DNA of 63,875 nucleotides, the filler included, from Porpidia crustulata (Eukaryota), in assembly GCA_964255105.1 (NCBI GenBank). It is 19 parts of 19 records of this genome, joined end to end, with 100 filler letters (N's around TTAATTAATTAA, not from the genome) between each part and the next. Parts side by side here need not be neighbours in the genome. Positions count along the whole stretch, not along the records: positions 37,359 to 40,611 come from CAXUWE010002332.1; positions 40,712 to 43,957 come from CAXUWE010002333.1; positions 44,058 to 47,301 come from CAXUWE010002334.1; positions 47,402 to 50,631 come from CAXUWE010002335.1; 15 more parts are not named here. The stretch is one strand, 5' to 3'. The position numbers were made by a program, and so were the translations under genes. This document shows, one piece after another, positions 38,298 to 49,478 of this stretch; position 1 is the first letter of the stretch, and every line of letters begins with the position of its first letter. Below the pieces are notes generated by a model. It saw only the letters and a list, made by a program, of their open reading frames with translations, searched no databases and was not told the origin of the DNA.

Positions 38298-40611
38298 ATG
38301 GCGGAAGAGAAGATACACAAGCAGGAATACTTAATTCGTGGTCTGGCCACCAGATCAGTGACTTTATACCCTGCGCGAGCTCATGTTATTCGAGACATCG
38401 ACGAAGTCGCCCTCAAGGTAAAATCCAGTTCTTCTCAGACCATAGATGAATATGTACTGATTGAAGCTTGACAGCCCGGCGCAAATGAAATCACAATTTA
38501 TGGCCTCACTCCGACTGCCGACGAGAGCTCTATCAAGGTTGACGGCAAAGGATCAGCTACCATTACTGATATGACCGTTGATCTCGTTACGAACCGGGAA
38601 ATCTTTGAGGACGCCTATCCATCTGATTCGGAAGATTCAGATGATTCGGATGCCGATACCAGCGAATCGGATACAGAGCCAGAAGGTATAGCGATCTTGA
38701 GCAAGAAGAGAAAAGAGCTTGAAAATGCGCTCAAAGAATCACGGGCAGAACAGAATACCGGAGCGGGTCAGTTGACAATGCTCGAGAATTATGCGCGTAG
38801 CTTGTCTACTTCTCGGCCAGACAATCTCAGAGATTGCATGAGCGCCTACGGCATCGAACGCAAAAAGGCTTTTGATGTCTACAGTGCTGGGGGAAACAAC
38901 GCTGTGGAAATAATGCAAGAATTTGAGAAGCTCGCCAAGCAAGAGAACAAGATACACGCCAATGTGATGAAGGAAAAAGCAAAGTTCCTGAAAGCAAAAG
39001 TCAAGGAGAAGAACAAGAAAGAACGAGTGAGAAAGGAAAAGATGGAGGCAAAGAGGCGCCTTCAAGCAGAGCGAATCCAATTCTGGCCGAAGAAAGTGTA
39101 CCGGGTCGTTTTGAGCCTCGATACCAACTCCGACTTGACGCCTGGATCTTCTCGTCGAGGATCTATCGACAGCGTGGTCAAACCTGCTCTTTCACCCACT
39201 CCAATGACTTTAGATGCTTCAACTTCGGAACAAGGCTCGGCTTCTTGCTTTGTCTCTCTGTCGATCTCTTACATCACCTACTCAGCTTCCTGGTCTCCTC
39301 GGTACGATCTCAGCCTAAACACAACTACGAGGTCCGGTTTGATCACCTATCGTGCGGAGTTCTACAATGCGACCTCGGAGACCTGGCGTGATGCAAAGGT
39401 CATCCTTTCCACATCTCAGACCTCATTCCAAGGACTTGGTGAGCCCATTCCAAGCATGCAACCGTGGTATATCCGGCTAGAGAAGGTTTGGGGTAATAAC
39501 AATAGCTTCGTCAAAAACGATATGTCTCAGGGTTTGTACAGTCGCAGTGAAGAAGAATCCAAGCACAAAGCCCGTGATCAGTTTGCCGGCAACCCCAGCC
39601 AGAACCGCGCCGAGCTATTCGGGCTGAATGGTCACGATCGGGCAAAGTTGTATCCAGCATCAGGCCAGTCGCAGTCGGATTATCAGGTGCAACTGATGTT
39701 GCTCGAGAAACAAAACAAGAAACGCCTGTTGATGGCACGTGAGGAGCAGTTGCAGGCCGCACCCAATGTGGCTATGAAGGCTCCACAATCAAGGTTATTC
39801 GCGCAGCAGCCGCAGCAGCAGCAGCAGCTTCAACAGCAGCTGTCCTGGGCACAGAATCTCAGCGCTGGCGGTGGTCTTTTTGGATCCTCGACTGGAGGGG
39901 CAGGCAATTCAGTGCTCTTGAACGCCTCTAATCAAGCTCGAGCTCAGTCATCTAGTGCACTTGTCAACAACGCCAATACCCAAATCGAAGGCGAGATCGA
40001 CTTCTCCGCCGACGGAGAAGACGCACCTACCCTCACCGTCCCCGACCCCACTCTCGCTTTCCAAGAGTCCACCTGGGAAGAATCCGGCCTCACGGCCACC
40101 TACGACGTCCCCGGCACGCGGACGATCCCGCCCTCCCCAACCACCCGCCGGCACAAGATCGCCTCCATCGCCCTCAAGGACATCCAGCTCTCCTACGTCA
40201 TCGTCCCCAAACTCCGCAGCGCCGCCTTCCTCAAAGCCCGCCTCCGCAACACCTCCTCCACCACGCTCCTCCGCGGCGCCGCCGGCCTCACCCTCGACGG
40301 CACCTTCCTCGGCAACACGACCCTGCCGCGCTGCAGCGCCAACGACGCCTTCAGCCTCAGCCTCGGCGTCGACCCGGCCGTCACCGTCACCTACGCCGCC
40401 CCGACGGTCCGCCGCAGCGAATCCGGCATCTTCGCCAAGGAAGGGTCCTGCGTCTACACCCGCGCCGTCACCGTCGTCAACACTAAACCCCATACGCCCA
40501 TCGAGGGCCTCGTGCTCGACCAGGTTCCCGTCAGCGAGGACGAGAGGCTCAAGGTCGAGATTTTGCAACCCAAGGGACTGATGCGCGAGGAGGGGTCCGG
40601 GAGCGTGAGGG
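38298..40611 (+). CDS. DUF4140/DUF4139 (F37C4.5/MuiA-like) protein, 3'-truncated
   Basis: SVTLYPARAHVIR, SSIKVDG, ASWSPRYDL, TWRDAKVILST, SLSLGVDPAV and DQVPVSEDERLKV motifs; intron 38418-38474. Confidence 0.88.
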
Positions 40612-41067
40612 NNNNNNNNNNNNNNNNNNNNNNNNNNNNNNNNNNNNNNNNNNNNTTAATTAATTAANNNNNNNNNNNNNNNNNNNNNNNNNNNNNNNNN
40701 NNNNNNNNNNNGGGTGGGAGATGGGGGTGGTGAATGTAATGAGTATCAAAAGCGTGACTCCATCTTGTAATTGGTGTGTGAAATACCAAATGAATCTGTA
40801 AATCTCTGGCGGTATAATCGAACATGCGGATTGATTTGTGAGCGTATACGTTTTGATTACGGACAGCAACGTGACCATCGGTGGTGTGACGAAAAGGGCC
40901 GGATCTCGGAAAAATTCATGTACATTGATAGAGACCTGGGGATGCTCATATGAAGAGGAGATGGGTAAGGGAGCTGCGCGCGCGGGTGATCAGTTGAGTT
41001 GATATTATATCGAGCTATATATGTTCGAGTTGGGGATCGTAGTCATTTTTCGCAATCAAGTAAATTG

Positions 41068-41086
41068 TATATATATATTATAAAAA
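41068..41086 (+). promoter_or_regulatory. Upstream TATA element of tRNA-Gly
   Basis: TATATATATATTATAAAAA, with TATAAAAA starting 30 nt upstream of the mature tRNA 5' end. Confidence 0.6.
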
Positions 41087-41108
41087 GAAGACATTCTACC
41101 ATGTAGTA

Positions 41109-41237
41109 GCGTTAGTGGGTAAGTCACAATGTCTACATTACCACAATGTCTTCGCTAACAGCCACAAAGTTTAGTGGTAAAATTCGTCGTTGCCATACTG
41201 TATCGACGAGCCGGGGGTTCGATTCCCTCCTAACGCA
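41109..41237 (+). tRNA. tRNA-Gly(GCC) with a 51-nt spliceosomal-type intron at 10/11 (41119-41169) and a 7-nt canonical 37/38 intron (41196-41202)
   Basis: GCGTTAG TG G [51 nt] TTT AGTGGTA AAAT T CGTCG TT GCC A [TACTGTA] T CGACG AGCC GGGGG TTCGATT CCCTC CTAACGC A; perfect acceptor and anticodon stems; 71-nt mature fungal tRNA-Gly. Confidence 0.94.
41119..41169 (+). other. Spliceosomal-type (GT-AG) intron inside the tRNA-Gly D stem / A box
   Basis: GTAAGT CACAATGTCTACATTACCACAATGTCTTC GCTAAC AGCCACAAAG: perfect 5' splice site, branch site and 3' AAG; exact removal restores TGGTTTAGTGG. Confidence 0.88.
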
Positions 41238-41249
41238 CAACGTTCAATA

Positions 41250-41286
41250 TTTTTCCTTTTTTTATTTTTTTGTTTTTTTGTTTTTT
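41250..41286 (+). terminator. Pol III oligo(T) terminator of tRNA-Gly
   Basis: Five T5-T7 runs beginning 13 nt after the discriminator base. Confidence 0.85.
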
Positions 41287-42497
41287 AGAATACTCGAACG
41301 ACTACCTTCCTACCTTCCTACTTAAGTTATTGAGCCTTCATACCTAGTTGGATTATAATCTACGTCATCTACTTTAGAGCGCCACTACTGGTTTGATGCA
41401 ATTGTGACTTGTTTGCTTTATGTTCCTCTTACGCAGGTTGCAAACCGCGGCGTTCTACATGTGTTCCTATCATTGATCTACTTGTTTTACTGAGGCGAGT
41501 CAGTGACGAGATGGGTCAACAGCTTTCGGTTTGGAGACTGATGTAGATAAGGTGAGGGTGCGAACGAGTATGGTGAAGATTGATAGACTGAAATACATCT
41601 AGGATACCTGGGTCTCTGGAGTTCCACCAGCTATCACAACGCCACCCTTCACACTTCACACTTCAGGCAGTAAAGACAGAATGCCATGAATATGGGATCG
41701 GGGCGCCTCAGCTACGGAAAACTTTTCTTTCCTGTTCCATGCTCGAGTTGGCTTTTTCACATCTTGGAGACATTGCTTCACAACATTTACTGTATAATTG
41801 ATTCCGTTAAGGACACCATTAAGTTCCCCAAGGAATATACGAACCCGAGAAAGAATGGCTGCCTTACAGCGTTTTCTTTCACGTTTTCCTTATCCTTTGC
41901 TTTCGCTGCTATATTACTGGTGCTTCTTGGCTTCTTCACAACTATTCTATCGGATTTATTCATTCTCCTCGCAATTTTGTCATTGGAGTTAGGCATCAAT
42001 ACTCGATGCAACGTGATGAAGGGCGCTATATTCCCGATGAGGACATCTATGGAGCCGTATCCGAACGTCTTGCATGCAAAATCCAATTTGAGAGGGCAAT
42101 GAATTTGGTTTTTGGACCTTCGCGTTGCACCAACAAGTCGATGGCTGCGTTCTGTTGGCTATGCCTGAAGCCTTCATCGAATATTGCTTTCGTAGCATTC
42201 ATCGTGCGCGGTCATTAACTAATTTTCAATACTATGAATCTCAATTTGTATCGTTCGTTCCTTGATAATGTCACCAAGATCTTGGATACATAAGGGCTAG
42301 CTATGCCCACTGGCTTCTTTTCTCAGCAGGAGGTAGAATTGAGAGCGTACAACAAAACCAAGCAAATCCATTCTTACTAAGCTAACAGAATCATATTTGA
42401 GCCCACATCTTCTCGAGCATCAAATACTTCGTGATAAAAGGATCTACTTCATACAAACCCATTTTCGGTACGAAATCTCGGCTTCTACGAATCTAGT

Positions 42498-43304
42498 ATG
42501 GGGCCTAGACCCTCTGAGAGATGGATCTGTGACCCTTGCTCAACAGCCAACGAGGCTTTCTCCATCAAGTGCGCATACTGCGATCTTGATTATGATCCAA
42601 GACGCTGTCGGACGGCGGAACCAGTTGGTTTCCGTGGATCTTATGTTCGCCAGTCTTCGCAAGCCTCTGGAGAAAATGAACGATTGGGTCTACTGAACCC
42701 CTCCACTGGAAATGACAATAGCCAAGTGCAGCAAATCCCTCAACAGAATCGACAAACAGAACTTTCAACTAACTCTCCTGTCTATCCTACTGGTCAAGTG
42801 CACCAAAGATCTCAACGGACCATACAACCATTTCTATTGCAGAGGTTCACCTCCCACGATGATCAAGCGTCGGCCTCGCAGCATGATAATCTCAACTTCG
42901 CTCCCTACTCAAATCTGCATGGCAGCTTACATGACCCTTTAGTCCGCCGTCATGATGAAACCTATGACCAGTACATAGAAAGGCGTGCGAGAATACGACT
43001 TGAGTGGCCGGAAGAAGAAAGATTATTGGTGAGGCAGCAAGGAGACTTGAACCTCGTGTTCTATGGAACTCGTACGCCCCGAGTTCCATTTTCCCACCGA
43101 CCAGCGGCGCAGAACTCCCAACCCGACGACGAAGAATCCGGCGACGAAGAATCCACCGACAAAAGCTACGCGCCCTCCAAGGTTTCCCGTGGAAAGCAAA
43201 AACGTACGCGAGATTCGCCCAGCGACGATGGTGGTGACGGGAAGGGTGGCACAGAGAAGGTCACTTGGACGCCAATAAAACAAGCTAGAAAGAGTTACTC
43301 TTAA
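42498..43304 (+). CDS. Hypothetical protein with N-terminal RanBP2-type zinc finger
   Basis: WICDPCSTANEAFSIKCAYC matches W-x-C-x2-C-x3-N-x6-C-x2-C exactly; the remainder is low-complexity. Confidence 0.65.
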   Translation: MGPRPSERWICDPCSTANEAFSIKCAYCDLDYDPRRCRTAEPVGFRGSYVRQSSQASGENERLGLLNPSTGNDNSQVQQIPQQNRQTELSTNSPVYPTGQVHQRSQRTIQPFLLQRFTSHDDQASASQHDNLNFAPYSNLHGSLHDPLVRRHDETYDQYIERRARIRLEWPEEERLLVRQQGDLNLVFYGTRTPRVPFSHRPAAQNSQPDDEESGDEESTDKSYAPSKVSRGKQKRTRDSPSDDGGDGKGGTEKVTWTPIKQARKSYS

Positions 43305-44057
43305 TCAGTATGTACGTGGGGTGAGGAGGGAGCACATGAGCGGAGGAGAGGACGTGGTCGGGGGCAGATCCAAAAGCGTGCTTTTCCGCGGTCGGGGTAG
43401 TAATGGGCGGGGTGTGGTGTTTCGATTTGCCAAGAGTAATGACGGTCATATTTCGGGTGTTAATGTTCAGGATAATGTGGATGATAGACGGTACGATGGA
43501 GATTTCGGTTATATTATTGTTCCAATCAACTTTCACTTCCGATATCTTCCTCGCCGTCGCACCGAAATGCCCCGTCTTCTTCGAGAAGTGAAAGACGGTC
43601 GTGCGGGAGGGTACACCCACAGAAAAGCTTCATCGCGTGAACGTCGCAGCAAAGCAGCATCGCTCCCAACATCGAAACCCCCGCGCGCCCGAAGTCTCCC
43701 ACACATACCGTTCCCCGCGTAATTCCAATCGCAAAAACATCTGCTTTCCCCAAATCTTCTAATAACAGCCTCTTTCCTCATCACGCTCCCCCTCCGACAG
43801 ACATTTATTGCTACAAATCTTTGAGATACGCTGCAAACAGTGCTCGAAGAAGTGGGAATGGCGCTTAAATTCACGGAGTAGAAGGAGGGATGCGGAATGA
43901 GCGGTTGAATGTAGGGAAGAGGCGGGATGGTTGTTGAGGTGCGGGAGGATGGGGAAGNNNNNNNNNNNNNNNNNNNNNNNNNNNNNNNNNNNNNNNNNNN
44001 NTTAATTAATTAANNNNNNNNNNNNNNNNNNNNNNNNNNNNNNNNNNNNNNNNNNNN

Positions 44058-44438
44058 GGGGTTGGTGTTGCGGGGCGTACTGGGAGAACTAGATTTAGAG
44101 CCCGGCGGGGAGCTGGTAATCCAAAGGATGGAATTAGCTCTGCAAGGCGCGCTGCTTGAAGAGAGAGGGGAAGGGGAAGGAGTGAGAAGGGAGTCAGGAA
44201 TTGAGTCATAAGATGGAAGACGTGCATGAGGGTCATCCACATCTTCATCTTGTGTCTCCTCCAATCGATCCTTGTTTGGAAATGACTCTTGTGAGAGTGT
44301 GTCTTCAAAAAACGTGGCCCTTATGCTATTTTCGGCTGCGATACGGCTGGCCTTTGCACGAGTGACTCGCTGTGATGATTGCAGTAGGCTGAGGTTGAGC
44401 TTGTTGGTTGGCTTGGAAGATGTTCGGATTGGCGGCAT
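44058..44438 (-). CDS. N-terminal fragment of an unidentified protein (truncated by contig edge)
   Basis: ATG-initiated ORF open to the contig end; S/P-rich; no recognisable domain. Confidence 0.35.
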
Positions 44439-45733
44439 ACTTGCTGTTGGTTCTTGATGATTTCATTCTTTGGTTCGTGGTTTTCAGTCTTCGGTTCTTG
44501 AGTTTTTTGCTTTCGTACAAACGGGTCTGAGCACTACAAGTTACTGTTGTGGGAAGCCGTAGAATGGGATGATATCTCTACTTCGTGGCTCTTTACAGTC
44601 CTTTTGTGTGTCAATTCCCTTGTCCATTTCTTTACACATCTGTCGCTAGGTCCTCTGGTTTTCATCAAAGATAAGATCATTGTGTGTGTGTGCATATTTG
44701 CACCAAAATGTTGTTCTTCTTTGTGCCTTTGTAGACTTCTCAACACCAGCCAGTGAAATCGGAATAACCCGGCTATCTGTGAAGACTTTGCGATATGACA
44801 TATCTCATAATGCCGTGCAGTCTACCAGGACACAGTGCGTCGAACTTGACAAGTAGAATTTCCGAGTTGTAATAACTCGTCGGTCATCGCTTTCAGCGGT
44901 CTCGATCCTCTCCGGCGTCTCGCAATGGTCACATCAGGGTCAGCCATTCTCGTGAAGATAGGGCTCTGTGCCTTCTAGTCTAGCGCCTTGCCTATCCTGC
45001 TTCTGATTAATTCTCAACAATCATAATACTTTGACTGCATTAATTTTGCAGTAGAATTGGGTAGTTTCTCAACATATAACAATCGTCGATATTTCTTTGT
45101 TTTCTAAAAGACCATTGTCACGCAGTTCGAGCATTCAGTCCCTTATCGAAATGCTTGACACCAAACCATGGTCATCTCAACGTCCGCCTAGCTATCGATG
45201 ATGGAGGATGCGACGGAGAGCCGTATTCCTCGTCTCCTATTTCTCACGACTCTCCAACTCGCCTTCCCGGCAGGTAGCATGTTTTGACACCCTTTCCAAG
45301 ACCACAAATATGTCAACTTATCACGGTCCTAATTGGCTTTGAAACTTCAATGTCTATGGTTCCTTATACTAAATTCATTGAGATGTTAGTGATTGATGGG
45401 GCCACAGCCGGTTTGCTGCAGGTTCATGTAGTAGCCCGGCTTCAACATTGTCTGAGTCGCCGCCAGACTTTTCATAGCGCAGAGTAGCGTTGGAGGGACT
45501 TTGGCATGGGAGTAGCAGAGATGTCCGCTTGGCTCCAGTCTTTTGTAGCGACGAATGAGGGTGCAATGCCAACATAGCTAACCAAACTTCTGAATGGTGA
45601 ACCTAGGGTAGGGCTTCTCGGCTAGATTGAGTCTAGTGTGAATGTTATCGCCGCAAACGCGACGATTTGATGGATCTCAAACGGATAACCTAGACGGTAT
45701 TAAATACACTACATCCAAAAGAAAGCCTCCATC

Positions 45734-46926
45734 ATGGATTTTGCCTCTTTGATGTCCACCGAAATATCCAAATCCCGTAAAAAACCCCCTCCAGACCCCT
45801 CGACAGAATCCACAAAAAAGTACCTCAAGCAAGCCGATATCGAAGCCCAACGCCAACAAGCATACCTTGACGAGCAAGCCGCGATCCAACGCGATCGGGA
45901 GGCTAAGCTGTTCAAGAAGCGTAAATTTGAAGAAGAGGAAGCCACGCGGAATCAAGAGCGAGATGAGAAACGGCGACGTTTAGCAGAGGAATCTCGTATT
46001 AGAAGAGAGGAGGAGGAGAGAAGGAAAGATAAAGCGAGAAGGAAGAGATTAGGGCTTCCAAAGCTACCAATTGAGGGAGCAGGTGATGCGGATGGAGCTC
46101 CAGTACCGGATAACGAGCAGGCCATCACCGAGGACGAACTACTGACCAAATTACGAGCGCTGAACGAACCGGCCATTCTATTCAGCGAAAGTCACAAACA
46201 ACGCCTCCGCCGCTATCGTCAACTAACAACCCCGTCCTCCCAATCCCTTCAAACAACCGGTCCCATTCCCACAACCCTCGTCTTGCTCCCCGAATCCGAG
46301 ATGAAAGTTCCCTTCACCCTGCCACAAGACCCAGACGTGCGAGCCTTCCTCTTCCGACAATTAGCATCCTATTTCACCATGGTGCTCACTGAATGGACAA
46401 TAGCTCTCAACCAACGAAATGAAGATGTAAAACAGAGTTTCCAAGGTAAAGCGGCGCTGAACGCCATGGTGCAGTCACGGGAGAACATGCGCCCCCTTTT
46501 CAAGAAATTCGAAAAGGGGGAGCTGGAAGATGGGATTCTGGAGCCTGTGGTAGAGATTGTACGAGCAGCGCAGGAGCGGCGGTATGTGGATGCCAACGAC
46601 GGATATCTACGATTAAGTATCGGGAAAGCGTGAGTCTCCATCCTGCACACCAACACCTCCTATCATTCCATCATCCTACACAAACCCCTTTCCCAGGACA
46701 CATCGCTAACGTAGAGACCACCTCCTTCAGGGCATGGCCAATCGGCGTGACAATGGTGGGTATCCACGAACGCTCCGCGCGGGAAAAACTCCACGAAAGC
46801 GACAAGGGGCAAGCGCACATCATGAGCGACGAGGTGACAAGGAAATTTTTACAAAGCATCAAGCGATGTCTGAGTTTTGCGCAGACCAGGTGGCCGCCGG
46901 ATGATCTGATGCAATTGATGGGGTAG
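45734..46926 (+). CDS. PRP18: Pre-mRNA splicing factor Prp18
   Basis: PRP4-like motif KLRALNEPAILFSESHKQRLRR and Prp18 domain [32 protein letters not shown] across intron 46630-46730. Confidence 0.95.
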
Positions 46927-48228
46927 ACTGTTCAAAGTCATTACTATTGGCGACTTAGAAACGACCTCGTCACCAACACTACAAAGGTATCCAGATCTAG
47001 TGGCAAACTTCTTCACTTCTTGTTCAAGTACAGGCTGCTAGACCTTAAAGCAGTGACTGATGGTAATAACCAGTACTGTGACTGACCAAGGGCTCAGATT
47101 TCCAAGACGCTATCAAGATTCATCACCTTACCTAGCACACTATTAAGGGAAATCGATCTCGACGTGCTTATCTATGCGATTTCCCGCGAGGCGTTTTATT
47201 TCTTTCACGATATCTAGAGACGTGGTTTTGCTCCTTGAGTATGTATTTCAATCCTGACCCGAAATTCTCCCACCCCTCTCTATTAGCTGTTCCTACGATG
47301 CNNNNNNNNNNNNNNNNNNNNNNNNNNNNNNNNNNNNNNNNNNNNTTAATTAATTAANNNNNNNNNNNNNNNNNNNNNNNNNNNNNNNNNNNNNNNNNNN
47401 NAGCTTGGTGCAGTATTGCCAATGCTCGTGAAGCTTGAGCAAGGCTAAGAGTGCCAATAGATATGTAGCCGTAGCGTACCTGTCGTACCTGTCCGTCGGT
47501 CATGTTCGTGCCTGTGCTAATTGAGGGGTCAACCCTAATGCGGGTAAGCTTATTCGGGTATTCGGGACTGGGGATTTCTCCACTCCACCCCTTGTTCACC
47601 ACGATAGATCAATAAGTTGAGTGGCTGAGGATTAATTACATTATTATGTAAGTTATATTTGCCGATACGGTGATAAGATACCCTTCTCGTCGTGCCGGTT
47701 GACGATTAGACAACATGTCACGGTATCTGAAAGAAGATTTGTCAAATGTGATCACGAGATAAAATGCACGTTTAATCGGGCTGCAAAATATATCTGGATT
47801 GTTCACTATACACATAAAGATCCCAGGCCTTGGATGACGGACAACCCTGTTTCTGTCTGCTGAGCTGAATCATGATGATACAAGACGAAACAAATTTGCT
47901 CCGAATTTAGTCGAGGTTGAGCAACAGTTCAAAATGATGCCTAGAATTTTGGGCAACTGGATGGAGTAAGGGCTGAGGGCCAGGCAGCGTTGCTGGCCTG
48001 CCGCCGAATTCTTCCATAACATTCGATTGTTCTTCGTGCATCAACGTCCAGGTGTCACATCCATACCAGCACTCAAGGCGTGTTATTTCAAGAGTTCACG
48101 ATGCAATTCTCACATACCAGACTTTTTATGACCTCTTAAGTCTTCTAGGGAGAAATTTGTATTTTACTACTTTAATCATCAAGGCGCTGCGTTTTGCTAA
48201 ATGCCTAACCTTCTATTTGTCTATAAGC

Positions 48229-48657
48229 ATGGTATGCACCTGTTCAATACGTACATCTACTCAACCGCAAATGCGTAAGAGGCAACACCACTTCAATTGA
48301 CCACCATCAAACCGACAGCTCTTCATCTACTCCGCGTCTGGACTTTGGCCGGAGAATGCTTGCAATTCTAATCCGCGTCGTTCAATATCCAAGGTGAGCT
48401 TTACACGCACCTGGAGATTCTTTGACCATTTTGACCGAAATACTTCTCATCATGATCAACAAGACCGTATTCTCCAACCTGCCTAGGTATAGTAGCCAGG
48501 GGCAACGAATCAGAAGACCGAATTTGGGACTTTCGGCACTATTGACTTTGACCGTGTCATCTGCGAGCTGAATATTCAGACTAGTGCTTGCTTTGACATG
48601 TGTTGGTTCAACGGTACCATTACGAACCTAAATGTATCAGGAACATGGAAATACTAA
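48229..48657 (+). CDS. Possible small three-exon orphan gene (about 79 aa)
   Basis: ATG|GTATGC...CAG|LFIYSASGLWPENACNSNPRRSISK|GTGAGC...TAG|PGATNQKTEFGTFGTIDFDRVICELNIQTSACFDMCWFNGTITNLNVSGTWKY*; splice model only. Confidence 0.25.
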
Positions 48658-49478
48658 ACCTTCACTGATCCAGCGTATCTTACCCTCCTGTTCATTCGGC
48701 TGTATTTGTGGGTGCTACGACTATGGTAATCTCATAAATAGCTAGCTTCACCCTTCAATTCTACCGCTTGCTGACTGTAATTACTTCATTGTCTTATTTT
48801 GATGCAACTAAAACCTCTTCTACACAGAATTTGACGCCACAAGACAAAGTTCATCTCCTTTCCATATGGTAAAGATCATGATCTTCCGCGTCAGCCTGAT
48901 TCTTACTGAAAGACCACCGTGAAGATCCGCCAATGAATTTAATAACGAGTCCCTTTCTTCAAAGCGCCTCCAACAGTTCCCCGAATCTAGGATTGGCATC
49001 CCTTTTCACGTCTGGGTTTGTTGATCTATGATAGTACGCTGTCGTTACTTCTAGAGAGTAGCGAGGCGTGCGAAGAGAGGATCGAGAAGATGTGACGGGT
49101 AAAAGTAGTAGGGACTGCTGAGGGTGGATCATGATTGGCCTTGAGATAGGAAAACTATCGAAATGTTATGTTATGTGACAGGAGGGAAAATGAGAGGAAG
49201 TGGATGGTGGGGTTGTAAAGACGGAAGAGAGCAGAACGGAAGTGAAGGGAGTAGAAAGGGAGCAACAAGCACCAAGGTGGCATCAAGACAAAGTTAGCAT
49301 GATCGAAATGGGGAAACTGCCGTCACCATCTTGTCCAACTAAACACGCATGGTACAGTTCTTATTCACCTAGTTACAGCCCCTTAATCACCCAGCCCAAA
49401 GACACCCGAGATCTTTGCCCTCGAACCCAAAACCATTAAATGGGTATCTACTACGCCAAAACAACAGAAAAGGCTCTA

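Noticed and set aside
39948..40581. Long overlapping alternative-frame and antisense ORFs (also 57628-58455, 27392-28132, 10351-10948, 51875-52525)
   Set aside because: Shadow ORFs expected from high-GC3 codon bias in the real genes; low-complexity translations with no domains
41686..42218. Overlapping short ORFs downstream of tRNA-Gly, and ORFs at 43285-43874 and 4573-5181
   Set aside because: No family motif and no convincing splice model; cannot be supported without homology searches
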